Of a stretch of DNA of 64,000 nucleotides, positions 25,827 through 39,305 are shown piece by piece; position 1 is the first letter of the stretch, and every line of letters starts with the position of its first letter. Origin of the DNA: Paraspadella gotoi (lineage: Eukaryota; Animalia; Chaetognatha); the NCBI GenBank assembly GCA_051294375.1, contig CM119271.1:2879929-2943928 (forward strand), read 5' to 3'. The position numbers and the translations under genes were made by a program. Under the pieces are notes generated by a model. It saw only the letters and a list, made by a program, of their open reading frames with translations, was not told where the DNA came from and made no database searches.

Positions 25827-25910
25827 GGACGCAACAAAGGGCGGACGCGGCGTGGCGGGGTCAGCGCCGAATGCTACACTGAAGACGACGCGACGTCGTT
25901 TGTCAAAAAG
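25827..25910 (+). CDS. PRKAR1: PKA-RI pseudosubstrate inhibitor exon (GRNKGRTRRGGVSAECYTEDDATSFVKK), copy 1
   Basis: Matches RI RRGG/AISAEVYTEEDAxSYVRK; Gly at the P-site indicates type I. Confidence 0.92.
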
Positions 25911-25946
25911 GTAAGTTGAAAGTCAAACTCATTTTTTTTAGAAAGA

Positions 25947-26030
<84 letters not shown>

Positions 26031-29000
26031 ATCACGAGAAAAAAAAAATAACCCTTTCCAATACCGAATTATACATATGCTACAGTAGGAATTAAAACAT
26101 AATTTCACAATGATACCTCTTATTTGCTTCCCTCTCTCCATAGAGCAATTGCCCAATCTGACGCAATTAATAGACCAGGTCTCCGACCTATAGCTGTAAA
26201 AATGATTGTAAAAATGACGTGGGGCGTTTGTCGGTTAATCGGAGGTCATTCGTCAAGAATTTGGTCGTTTGTCGGTCATTTGTCACTAATTCGTCGTTCA
26301 TCAATGGTTCGGTTATCATTCTTCGGTCATTTGTCAGTCATTCAACAAGAATTCAGTCATAATTTTTCGATACAATTTGTCTGAATTTTGTTCGTAATTC
26401 ATCGGCCGGTTTGATATCACCACGGTGATCATCATTGTGTTCGTAACCGTGATTGTCTGGTTCGCGCCTTATTCAAATGGTCAATAGACAAGTTGCAAAC
26501 TATTTTTTCTTTGTTAAGTTCACTTCTCAGTCTTTCTGTATTGTTTTTTTNNNNNNNNNNNNNNNNNNNNNNNNNTTGTGCGACTTACCCGCGGTTCTTA
26601 CCTCTCCTCTCTTTCTCTATCTCTTTCTCCTTGTTTCTCCGTTTCTCTCTCTGTTTCTCTCGCTCTCTCTCTGCTTTCCAGAAATCAAATAATTGAAGGT
26701 CAGCAAGGATGCACAAACGGTCCAGTTGTCAAATATATTAACCTTGATGTTGTTGTTGTTGTTAATGTTGTTGTCCTTTCTGATTCCGCTTAGGCTTTTT
26801 TTGGTCATGTTGGTGGTTTTCTCAAATAATCGATGTTCTACTAAATTCTAAATGGCAAAAAGAAAAATTACTCATGAAATTTTTCAACTCGCATCCTCGA
26901 CGGAAAATAATTTTTTATGTGGGCGATTTTTAATTGATACTGATAAAAAGGTAGCGCTCATCAGTGGAGAATTAACCCACAAAAAAAAGGTGGACAAAAT
27001 TGAGACAGAGTAAACGTATAGCTAGGGGAGAGCAAAATGTAAAAGTGAATAATTTTTGTGGACGAATTCTGAACCTCGAGATCCTGCGGGGAAGAGGACG
27101 AGGAAAGGGGAGGACGACGATGCCTTCGGTGAAACCCCTCCTCCTCCTCCTCCAAAATCATGATGTACTCCAAGAGCTAAAAATAATTTATCCAGTCATT
27201 CACCAATCTTACATGAATTTGAAATAGGAAGAAGTAGAAAAAATGTTTCAGAACAAAAACAGCATAGAAATTAATCACCATTCACCACGTATATGTGTCT
27301 TTTAAAATAACTTGCACAGTTAATATGAATCTAAGAAATAAATCAATTATTATTTTTCCTTTAAATGATTTTCAATCATTAAACCTTGTAAATACGTAGC
27401 ATAAAATTTGTAATAAGTATTTTATTACATCTTACTATGAAATTAGAACTTGTAATATGTAACTTTCTAATATTTTGTCGGATATTCAAACCTAAAATTT
27501 TTGCCCCAGTAGTAGCCATAGCTGATGAAATTTAAATGCTAATGTATACAGCGTTAAAATAATCTATCATGACCATAGATTATGGTATTAAAGTATTTTT
27601 TTTAAATCTTAAAATTTTTTGATGAATTCTGATAGAGCATAAAAAGTTAAACAAGAAATATAATTAAAGCTTTTAAAATTCTTACATTTTCTAAGTGAAA
27701 ATATAAAAAAAACTGATAAAATCATTGAAAGACGATGATGATAATGATTTTTTATGGTTTTTCTTATTTTGACACACTTATCGTAAAATATTTAAAAAAG
27801 AATATACTTTGTGTAGACAACTTTTATAAGCTATCTGAATCTGGTTTAAAATTTAACAATTCTAAAAAAAATTTTGGCCTTTCCTATCTATAAATAAATA
27901 TTAAATAATTAATTACTAGGGTATAGAGCCATATTAGAATTTTTTGTCCATTGAAAGTATTCTTAAAAATGTCTAAATACTCGTTTGAGCATGTACTCAC
28001 TCTAAATTTTTGACTCACCCCATTGAGTGCGGCAACCCCTGCCAGTAGACAGAAAAAAAGTAATAACTAAACCGAAAAGCATAAAGAGAGAGCTGGAGAA
28101 ATTAAAGAGAGAAAAGAGAAAATCGGCAAAATATCGCGAAAGTCTCCCGATGAACCGCGGAAAAGGAGCGAAGGTGGTGAATGAGGAGGAGGAGTCATTT
28201 TCGTCGCGGTGAAGACCGCGGAGAGAGAGCGAACCTACTCCGCCGCCGAGGTGTCCTCACGGGGTCACCGCGGCTGGCCTATTCATGGTCGAGACAGTGG
28301 CGTAAAGTCAACCATATGCCTCCTCTCTCTGTCTCCCTCTCTGTCTCCCTCTCTGTCCCCTTCTCTTTCAAGATCCTGTCCTGAATCGAGAATCGAGAAT
28401 GAGGTATCGATTTAACTTCTCATTTGAATTTCGCTTCTTCGAGCTAATATCGTTCAAAAATAAACTACTCTCGAAATAACCGGATTTATATAAAAAAAAA
28501 ATTGCGTCGCCTTCGTTTTATATTTTATATTTTATATTATTTTAAACGAGTAGTTCTTGTCGAGAAGAAAAATCGAAAATACTGTTTTAAAGTTTTAAAG
28601 TTTTAAACTTTTTTCCCCACAAACAAAATCAAAATCAAGTTTACTTCAACTATTTATTTTTTTCGCAAAATCTCTGACAGCCTCGCGTAAACATTTCTTA
28701 AAGTTCGTTCGTTTCCGAACGAAACTTCGAATGTTTTAAATAGAAAAAACTAATTTAAAATATTTTTGACGATGATTTCCACGTTTCCATTCGTCCACTC
28801 GCAACTCGTTAATTTTCCGCTCTATTGGCGTGAGAGGGAGTGAGTGGAAAAAATCCTTGCATTAGTATTTGTATTTGGATCATACGGCGGGTCCGAAGAC
28901 CATGGGTCGCATTAGTTACAAACATTCCAAACACAAATATATTAATCAAATCGATTACAATAAAATCATCAATAGTTTTGTTCGAATAAGAGCTAAACGA

Positions 29001-29054
29001 AAAACATCGTCAATGGGTCATGGATTGTTCTTTTTGGTTTTCCCTTCATCTCAG

Positions 29055-29564
29055 GACAACTCGAGAATTTCGCCACCTACTACCGCCACCAATCGAGCCT
29101 TTGAGGGAACGGAAGACAAAAGACAAACGCTAACGGACGGTAAGTCTTGGGAATGAAATTACTCCGATTGTATCTATAAACTTTTCCTTTTAATTATTTA
29201 CAAATGGGGAAAAAAATGTTAGGTAATTCTGCAAGATTTCGATCCTAAGCAGGACTTTCGAGTCGCCACATTTATATCGAATTTAATATTAAACTATACG
29301 CTAAATCATTCTTAGGAAGCATGGCAGCCGCTCAGGGTTTTCGCGACGATGACGCCGACGACGACGACATCGACGACGACCTCGAATCAGCGCTTCACTC
29401 GCCGCCACCAGGGGTAAGTCTCAGCGTTTTATCATATTTAGTATGTTTATCATTAATATCATAATGTTGACTAAACTTAGGGACGCAACAAAGGGCGGAC
29501 GCGGCGTGGCGGGGTCAGCGCCGAATGCTACACTGAAGACGACGCGACGTCGTTTGTCAAAAAG
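29055..29564 (+). CDS. PRKAR1: Second copy of three PKA-RI exons (29055-29139, 29316-29413, 29481-29564)
   Basis: Exon sequences identical to copy 1, within a ~1.87-kb duplicated block. Confidence 0.85.
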
Positions 29565-29599
29565 GTAAGTTGAAAGTCAAACTCATTTTTTTTAGAAAG

Positions 29600-29685
<86 letters not shown>

Positions 29686-32600
29686 ATCACGAGAAAAAAA
29701 AAATAACCCTTTCCAATACCGAATTATACATATGCTACAGTAGGAATTAAAACATAATTTCACAATGATACCTCTTATTTGCTTCCCTCTCTCCATAGAG
29801 CAATTGCCCAATCTGACGCAATTAATAGACCAGGTCTCCGACCTATAGCTGTAAAAATGATTGTAAAAATGACGTGGGGCGTTTGTCGGTTAATCGGAGG
29901 TCATTCGTCAAGAATTTGGTCGTTGTCGGTCATTTGTCACTAATTCGTCGTTCATCAATGGTTCGGTTATCATTCTTCGGTCATTTGTCAGTCATTCAAC
30001 AAGAATTCAGTCATAATTTTTCGATACAATTTGTCTGAATTTTGTTCGTAATTCATCGGCCGGTTTGATATCACCACGGTGATCATCATTGTGTTCGTAA
30101 CCGTGATTGTCTGGTTCGCGCCTTATTCAAATGGTCAATCGACTAGTTGCAAACTATTTTTTCTTTGTTAAGTTCACTTCTCAGTCTTTCTGTATTGTTT
30201 TTTTTTAATAATATGTAGATTCTGGAAATCTCGAGTGATCTCTGTAAAACGATTCGAATTTTTTTTTTTTAAAAAAACAAACGACGAAAAAAAGTTCGTT
30301 TCTTTTGTGTGACAAGAAAATTTCTATTATTACTTTCTTTTAATTTTTTGTTTTTTTTTTGAACAAGAACAGTTGAGAACAAAAAAAATCTCCGAAAACT
30401 GAGGGCAACGTCCTAAAAACAACATTGATTAATTTCCCATATGTGGTAATTTCACAAAGTCTCGCATTCCCCCCCCCCCCCACGCCAGCTCCAACCCTCT
30501 CCCCTCTTCCCTCACCGACCCCCCATACCCCCTCCATCACCCACCCCCCCTCACCACAACTCTCGTCAATCTCGCCATTTCTAAACCGAGAGCGTGGCGT
30601 TGATTGGCGTCCACTGGCGCCGCGTCTTTGACGCTGATGGTCCTCGAAGTTCCGCGCTTCCGGTTCCATCGATTTATTTCCTTCGCGGGAGCCACGCCCA
30701 CTGCCGCGAGAGGAACGCCCACCGTCGCGCAGACGCCGAATTCGTTTTTCCGCCAGATGTCGCGCAGGCGATCGAAGTCGAGACCTCAATTCGCTCTCGG
30801 TTTTTTTTTTATCACAATCACTTTTCTTTCACGCGGCTATTCCATCATAATCACTTTTTTTTCCCCGCTGAGTTTTACCCTTTTATAAAGCTGATAATCC
30901 TGTTTATCACGTTTTTTCGGTTAATTCATATTCAGATTAACCATCCTATTTGCCACAGAATTTTCTGCAATTTGCAATAGTTTCCATATTTGTCCATTTT
31001 TACTAGGAGTAACCACCTTTTTTTCGCGATAGCATTTTCAGTAACTTTTTTTCATAGTGTTTGTTTCTTGTCTTTAATTTACTGCAATTATTCTTCTTTT
31101 TTTTTAAACCTTGCGCGTTTCATAAATTGACACACAATCATGTTGTCGAGCCTCGCCTTTAATTCAGTCGCGAACCACAACTTCATCCCTTCACTTGGCA
31201 TCTTTTTATTTTCACTTTTTATCACGGCTTTGATTTCTGTCGACACTTGGTCATCGCAAGGTCATCACAAGGTCATCACTAGGTTAGTTGCCTCGTCTAA
31301 CGAAGACTAAGAAGACGACGACGACGACCACAACAACGACGACGACCACAACGACGACTGTTCTCATACGAGGGCCGTGTGCAAAGACAAGACGAGACAA
31401 TAACCGACGAGGACAAAAAGAAACGACGCAATCACTTTTCTCGCAGCTTTTATTGGCTTCTTTTTTTTCGCTGGGGACAAACGGTCGCATCTGGATAATA
31501 AAATTCTTTTTTGCAGCCAAACGAAATCTTCAATGGTTATTCCTTCGTGGGCTTCGTTTTACGTTATACCTTTATATAATTTTTTTTACTTGAGACTATT
31601 TAGAATAGGGCTGAAAAGATCAATTTGCAAAGTTATACCTGTATGCTACAGACGAGTATGGTTTAGCACGGGGATTTTCCCCCCGAGTTGGCATAAAAAT
31701 TAGAAAATATACATACTTCTTGAAATACTTGGTATGCACTTACGTAATACGTATTGTAAACTTTTTAAGGTAATACGTATTACATATATACTTCAAAATA
31801 AAGCCACACGTTATTTAGCTCGACATCTATTGTTCACAATACTTTTTAGAATCTCTCCTAAAATATTTATAGAAATTTCACCCAACAAAACCTAACTTAA
31901 AAACCTCCTGTTTACGTCATTCAAAAAAAAAAAAAAAGAAGAAAACATTTCCCGCCATTGACCTTCGTTCCTTCGGTTTAGTTGCTTTCCTTTCCAAGTC
32001 GTTGCTCTTTTTTTTTATTTGCTTTTTACCTTTTCCTTTTTCACCTTTACCTTTTCTCTCCTTTTTACCTTTTCATTCATTCCCTTTGACCCTTTTAAAA
32101 GTTTTTTCTCTCATTTTATTTCCATTAAGACTATCCAATCTTTTTTACTTTTTCGTAGCGAGTATTGCTCATGTTCACCTCGCCCATAGATCTCGTTTTA
32201 TCCTTCTCTAAGATTTAATTTGATTTAATTAATTTAATTTAATTATATTAATTTTTCATCTACTTTAAGTACTTTTATTAATTTTTTTTTTCAGTTACCT
32301 CAACCACATACTTTCATTCAAGTGTTTCCACGTAAAAATTTTGTCCCAATTTCCTTTTACTGATAATTTTTTTACCTATTTTTCTCTTTCCTTTTTCTTT
32401 AACAATCCGCGTCACCAAATTCCCTCTCTCCAAGCGTTACCTCCTTTCTCACCCATCCCAACCTTTCGCACCCCCCCCCATTTTCCCGCCGAATGCATCA
32501 CCCAAGTGACATCGAGGGTCTTAATTCCGCTTTAAAACGCGCCTGTCGTCTGCTCCCGGGCGACGCTTACCTCCACGCCTCTTCCTTCGGCCCCCATAAC

Positions 32601-32882
32601 TGTCTTTTCCGGCTCATCGATCTTTCACGCCTCCCCCCACCCACGCCCCCTTTCCCCCTCTCTCTCCTCCCCCCCCTGAATTCTATCCCCGTAATTTATC
32701 TCGCCATCGATCGCCCCTTGATCTTTGGGCCATCTTTTCCGAAAGCTCCCCGATTTCAGTCTAAACTCAGAATTGATTTGTTCTCGGGGGTTTGATAATT
32801 AGATAAGGGGTTAGTTGTTTGGGATTAGGGATAAGAGTTGTGGTTAGGGATTAAGGTTATTTTTAAGGGTTTATGGTTAAAA

Positions 32883-33246
32883 AACGAGGAACGGTTATTC
32901 CGAGGTGTTGCGCCGCATTACTTTTCTTTTTACTTTCTTATCCCTTGTATTTCCATGTATACGTATATACAACACGCTCTGCGTCGTAATCACGTCTTTT
33001 GTTCTTTATACATTCCATTTGTAGTTTATAAGATTTCTTTAAAAAAAAAGGCGGCGCTAGTAGTCGCTTTGATATGAGGTTTTTTCCTGTTTTAACCAAT
33101 AAGCAACAAACTATAGGCATTATTAGGCAAGAATAAGCTTTTTCAATGTGAGTGGGACAGACCGATGGACAGACAAACTGACTGACAGACAGACCGACCA
33201 AAAGTGACTTATAGAGTTGCTCTGCGAGTACTTGAGGCACAACTAA
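32883..33246 (-). mobile_element. HINE/DINE-1-like element inserted into a TTAGGG-bearing MITE
   Basis: Reverse-complement match to 14637-14948 (GTGTTGCGCCGC, GGCGCTAGTAGTCGC, (GACA)n, GAGGCACAACTAA); degenerate TTAGGG arrays on both sides. Confidence 0.6.
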
Positions 33247-33584
33247 TAAAGTTAGGGTTAGGGATTAAGGATCAAAGTTGGGGTTTCAAGTTAGGGATTA
33301 GGTTAGAGTTAGGGACATGGGTTAGGGATAGGATTAGATATTTAAAAAAAGATTAAGTTTATGATTTAGTTTAAAGATTAGGAACAGAAAATAAAGCCGA
33401 TCTTGGCTCGGCCTCATAAAAGGATTTTATCTCACCCCGTCTCTCCTTCAGTCTCTACATCACCAAATCCTACATCTCCCTTTTCCCGCCCTTATCTATT
33501 TTTGGTTTTTCACAACACCTGTCGTCCTGTCGTCGACGCCCGTCGCAGGTGCCGTTTGTGGATTCCGTTAACCCGCGGCTCAAT

Positions 33585-33946
33585 CACGTGACAGCCGGTT
33601 GCTTAATAACGAGACATCCCGCGTGTCAATCATTTGACATAATCTGATGACATCCAGATGGTTACCAGTTACTATCGTGACATACCGCGTGTCAATCACG
33701 TGACACAATCTGATGACATCCGGTTGCTTAATATTGTGACATCTCGCGTGTCAATCATGTGTCACAATCTGCGACATCCGGGTGCTTAATATTGTGACAT
33801 CCCGCGTGTCAATCACGTGACATAATCTAATGACATCCGGGTGCTTAATATCGTGACATCCCGCGTGTCAATCACGTGACACAATCTGATGACATCCAGG
33901 TGCTTATTATCGTGACATTCCTGGGCTCTAAATCACGTGACATCCC
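33585..33946. repeat. Minisatellite, ~59-bp unit, ~6 copies
   Basis: Unit approx. ATATCGTGACATCCCGCGTGTCAATCACGTGACACAATCTGATGACATCCGGGTGCTTA. Confidence 0.9.
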
Positions 33947-34429
33947 GGCTTCAGAAATAATTTATTATTCTTCATTTTTTACAATTGGTGAAGTGAAAAG
34001 TCACAACCGCCAATCGACCGGTTCACCAAACTAAGAGAGTTTTTAAGCGACGATACGCGTTGGGTCACAGGTGAACAAAACATAACCAAACAAAACATTA
34101 GCTTAATGCTAATCGCTACGTCAACTGAGGCGCAACGCTACTTCAACTACGACCACAACAATGACGACTTCAAGTTCACCGATTGGGTTATGTGTACATT
34201 GTACAGTCGTCGTTAACTCGTTACGATATTATGTAAACAATAATACAGACATCCTTCAACGCGCCGCGTTGTTAAAAATTTATCCAAGTTTCTAGGGAAA
34301 AAAAGATAAAAGGAAAAAAGTATGAATTTTACAAAGAGGCAGACAAACAAACACAGGAACGCGATTGAGTAGAAAACGGAATCGTCTTTCATCTCTGTAA
34401 CTAAAAATAGACAAACGCTTCTTTATCTC

Positions 34430-34650
34430 CTTTTCTTTTTCCTCCTTTTATAACTCCTTTTCCTTTTCCTCCTTTTATAACTCCTTTTCCTTTTCCTCCT
34501 TTTATAACTCCTTTTCTTTCTCCTCCTTTTCTAACTCTTTTTTTTCTCCTTTTATAACTCCTTCTCTTTTTCCTCCTTTTATAACTCCTTTTCCTTTTCC
34601 TCCTTTTATAACTCCTTTTCTTTTTCCTCCTTTTATGACTCCTTTTATTT
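34430..34650. repeat. Pyrimidine-rich minisatellite, ~27-bp unit
   Basis: Repeated TTTTCCTCCTTTTATAACTCCTTTTCC. Confidence 0.85.
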
Positions 34651-34987
34651 TCTGTACGTTCTTCTTTTCCTCTTTCGGTCTTTTCTCTTTTTTTTTCCCA
34701 TTCCCTCTCTAATTTTCTCTTTCTTTTCTCGTATTCTCTCCTCTCTTTTCGTCTGCGCTTTCTTCTTAAACCTGCCTTAGCTTTTTCTTCTCCTATCTTT
34801 TTTTTTATCTTTTATTTACTCTTCATTCCTCTTTTCTTTCTCTTCCTTCCTCCTTTTTCTCTTTCCCTCTATTTTCTCTTTTCCTTCCATTTCCACACTC
34901 CTTTTTCTTCCTCCTGCCTCCTTTCTATCAACTCCCCTCTCCCCTTTATCTCCCCCCTTTCCTTCTTCTCTCCTCACCGCATCTCAC

Positions 34988-35070
<83 letters not shown>

Positions 35071-35713
35071 CGCTTCATTGGCCAAAGAAGAAAAGCTTCC
35101 TTCTGGTGAAGCCCCTGAAGGAAGAAAAAAAAGTAGGCCATCCCGAAAATTTTTCACAGGAACCTGGGAGAAGAAGGAGGGAGGAGGAGGAAAAGAGGAG
35201 GAGGAGAAAAACCCCTCGTAAATTTTCGCTTTGAAAATTTGACGTCGCGGATAAAATCGATCACCTCGGAGAAGATTTTGGGGGTAAATTTGCGTAACAG
35301 TTACCGTTTCGGTTCTAGTTACATTTACGATAACTTTTACGATGAAAAACTTGTCGGTAATTTATGGTGATTAAGTATTCGACGGAGCCGAGCCGAAAGG
35401 GAAGTAAAGATGTCAAGAAGAAGTTAAGGACGTTCGTCATTGAAATGCGAAAACAAATTTGTGATAATGAAAGGGGTAAGTTGAGCCACTGAAGGTTTAA
35501 ACGATAATGACAAGTGAGAGAAAAGGAACGTATTTAGAAAGAATTTAATGATTTAAAGAATTTAATGATTTAAAGTTAAAAACAAATGAGGAAATAAAAA
35601 TAATTAAAATATAATTCGGGTCGGAAATCTGACGTAATTGAAAAAATATATGAATTAAGGAGAATGAACAATAGGAGAGAGAGGATGGCTGAATCATGCA
35701 TGGGTGAAAAGGA

Positions 35714-35808
<95 letters not shown>

Positions 35809-36980
35809 TTAGAAAGAAAAATAGAAGGAATTTTTAAACAAAATTCTGCAAAATTTTAGAATTTTAGAATGATGAAATAGTTGAATANNNNNNNNNNNNN
35901 NNNNNNNNNNNNNNNNNNNNNNNNNNNNNNNNNNNNNNNNNNNNNNNNNNNNNNNNNNNNNNNNNNNNNNNNNNNNNNNNNNNNNNNNNNNNNNNNNNNN
36001 NNNNNNNNNNNNNNNNNNNNNNNNNNNNNNNNNNNNNNNNNNNNNNNNNNNNNNNNNNNNNNNNNNNNNNNNNNNNNNNNNNNNNNNNNNNNNNNNNNNN
36101 NNNNNNNNNNNNNNNNNNNNNNNNNNNNNNNNNNNNNNNNNNNNNNNNNNNNNNNNNNNNNNNNNNNNNNNNNNNNNNNNNNNNNNNNNNNNNNNNNNNN
36201 NNNNNNNNAGAGAGAGAGAGAGAGAGAGAGAAAGTGAGAAAAATCTTTCCCGTGAGACAATCTCGTTGCGAGCCTTTGTCGTTGTTATCGTCGCTTTCCT
36301 CGATGTCTCCGTTGCAGAAAGAGAATAACGATCACCATAAAATCGACATTGCAATGTCTCGGAATTTGTAGATGAAGATAACTTTGTGGTGGAAACTGCC
36401 ACGGCTTGTCATTATGTCTTTCATTAATTCTTGGAGTGGGTCGAGTCGGTTTACTGCAAAATGCAAATTTGATTAACATCGTTTTACGAATATTTAAAAC
36501 GCTGATAACGATACGTATTCGAACAAACTATGAATTATTAGTTGAAATAGACGAAAAAAATTGTTAAAAGTAGATTGAGGAAAAATAGAAGAGAAAGAGA
36601 AGAGAAAGAGAAGAGAAAGAGAAGAGAAATAGAAGAGAAAGAGAAGAGAAATAGAAGAGAGGGAGAAGAGAAAGAGAAGAGAAAGAGCGGGAGAAGAAGA
36701 GAGAAAAAAAAAAAGATGTCTAAAAATAACAGGAATGATTATTATCTTTTTTCGCTTCTCCGCATAAAGAAAATAAAGGAGGTAGTTTGCCGATCCTGTG
36801 TGTGGGCTGAGAAAGGAAAGGAAAGATAAGACGAGACATAAGTTGGAGAGATTAGACAGTAGACGCAAGATAATACCCAAGGCAAGATACAATGATGAGT
36901 GGGGTTTTCCGTCTCTTGCTCACCCTTCTGAGTAGTATCAATAACGCAATGTTTATAAACGAATATTGATTGTTTATTAA

Positions 36981-37603
36981 GGCGTAGTAAAATTTCTAAA
37001 TTTGACTTTAATTAAAATTTCTAAAGTTAGGAACAAACAACATAGCTATAACACTTATGAATCTATTTGTACTTATATAAAAAAAAATTTATAATAAATT
37101 TTACAATTTACGCAGTAGGCCATATTTATACTTAGTACTAAACCAATAAATGTTAAAATTTCAAAACAGTTTTTTATTAAGATTTTTTTTCAGATTTGGA
37201 TTCGTCATAAAAAGTTGATAAAAAAGAAATATAACTCTTTTGAAAAATTCCTTCATTAAGTAGGTCAAAAATTAGAAAAAGTTATATTTTAAGCTGAAAA
37301 TTAACTTTTATATATTAATTATAGTTTTTTAAATTTTTAACCCACTTAATGAAAGAATTTTTAAAAATGATTTATATTTTCTTTTATCAACTTTTGACAA
37401 GGAATTCAAATCTGCAACCAAAATTAAGAAAAGCCTATTTTGAAATTTTTCGATTTTATAAGGATATATATATATATAAATACAGCCTACTGCGAAAATT
37501 AAAAAAACATAAAATTATTTTTTTTTTACAAATTAATGTTCACTGATGGTATGTTGTTCATATTTGACTTTATAGGATATTCGTATGTAACTTTCACTAC
37601 GCC
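36981..37603. mobile_element. Foldback MITE, Kolobok-like ends
   Basis: TTAA|GGCGTAGT...ACTACGCC|TTAT. The two halves are imperfect inverted copies over ~300 bp (CGCAGTAGGC, CAGATTTG, AAAAGTTGATAAAA and TTCATTAAGT recur inverted). Confidence 0.75.
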
Positions 37604-37737
37604 TTATTGTTTATATTTCTAAACACTTTTACGAAAGGAAGTTAAGAGCGACGAACTCCAACGAGAGTTTATGTCCTACAACAAGACAAGAAAAGACACA
37701 AGAAAAGTCACAAAAAAAAAAAACAAGACCAGACATG

Positions 37738-37862
37738 AAAAAGGACAAGATACAAAAGTAAAAGGACAAGATACAAAAGAAAAAGGACACGATACAAAAG
37801 AAAAAGGACAAGATACAAAAGAAAAAGGACAAGATACAAAAGAAAAAGGACAAGATACAAAA
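37738..37862. repeat. 21-bp tandem repeat, ~6 copies
   Basis: AAAGGACAAGATACAAAAGAA. Confidence 0.9.
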
Positions 37863-38050
37863 CCAAACACGAAACAAGGCAAAGAAATAGTTATATAGAC
37901 CTGATGAAAATCAGACATAAAAAAGAAGAAAAAGATTATAATTATAAAGGAAAAATTTACTAACTTTTCCACTTATTTTTTGTTTCGCTTGTTTTTCGCT
38001 TGTGACCTTGAGCGTAAGCGTCGGCGTTGGCGTCGTTGCCTGGCCGAACC

Positions 38051-38173
<123 letters not shown>

Positions 38174-39193
38174 TGAAGTAAAAGAGGAGTACTGTGAGGG
38201 ATAGAGAGAGGGATATTAACCGTTCAAAAATAGAGAGGCGAACGGAGAGAAGAAAAAAGAGAGGATAGTGAGATGGCGGACAGATTAGATAAGATTAGAA
38301 AAGATTAGTGGGATTAGTTGAGTTAAATATAAATGACAGAAGATGAATATTAACTAAGGAAAGAAATATTCTAAAGAAAACGATGACAAAGGCATCTATT
38401 TCGATCGCTACCTGGTCCATAACCTCGACAGATCTCCGATCGGAAACTACCATTTCTCGTCCTCTGATTGGTCTTTGACCCTCTCCGAATATCCAATAGG
38501 GCATCGACCTCGACGATCTCCGATTTTCGCTTTGACCTTCGACGTCACCGAAAGGATTTTCGCGACGGTGATTGATTCACGGTTCGTCGCTCCATCTCCC
38601 CCCCCNNNNNNNNNNNNNNNNNNNNNNNNNNNNNNNNNNNNNNNNNNNNNNNNNNNNNNNNNNNNNNNNNNNNNNNNNNNNNNNNNNNNNNNNNNNNNNN
38701 NNNNNNNNNNNNNNNNNNNNNNNNNNNNNNNNNNNNNNNNNNNNNNNNNNNNNNNNNNNNNNNNNNNNNNNNNNNNNNNNNNNNNNNNNNNNNNNNNNNN
38801 NNNNNNNNNNNNNNNNNNNNNNNNNNNNNNNNNNNNNNNNNNNNNNNAGGCTGAATATCATTAGGTTTACTGATCACGTTTTGGTCACGTGACACAAAAA
38901 TGCAAATTCACTCGATTAAAAAAAAATATCACCACGAAGTGAGAGACTTTCTCGAGCCTCGTTGTCGGGGCAACGCGATCGTCAGTAAATGCAGTGACGA
39001 GACTTTGTGACGAGAGAATCGTTGTCGCGAGACTTTGTGACGCGAAACGTATTGGCGTGAGACCTCGTGACGTGAGATTCGTTTCGCGTGAGACATTGTG
39101 ACGCGAGACGAGACGGTGACGCGTCCAGAATCGCGATGTTTTTTCGGCGCGCGAGTCTCACACGCGCAACGATCCACGTCGTGATACGCGCGA

Positions 39194-39229
<36 letters not shown>

Positions 39230-39263
39230 TTCTCTCCTCTCTCTCTCTCTCTCTCTTCTTCTC

Positions 39264-39305
<42 letters not shown>

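Larger units (their letters stand above)
24674..30206 (+). repeat. Direct duplication 24674-26550 / 28334-30206
   Basis: Near-identical sequence; differences are mostly homopolymer lengths plus a few substitutions; copy 1 ends at an N-gap. Confidence 0.92.

Noticed and set aside
28190-28320. Gypsy RNase H-like motif (ERTYSAAE)
   Set aside because: Too short, with no supporting flanking motifs.
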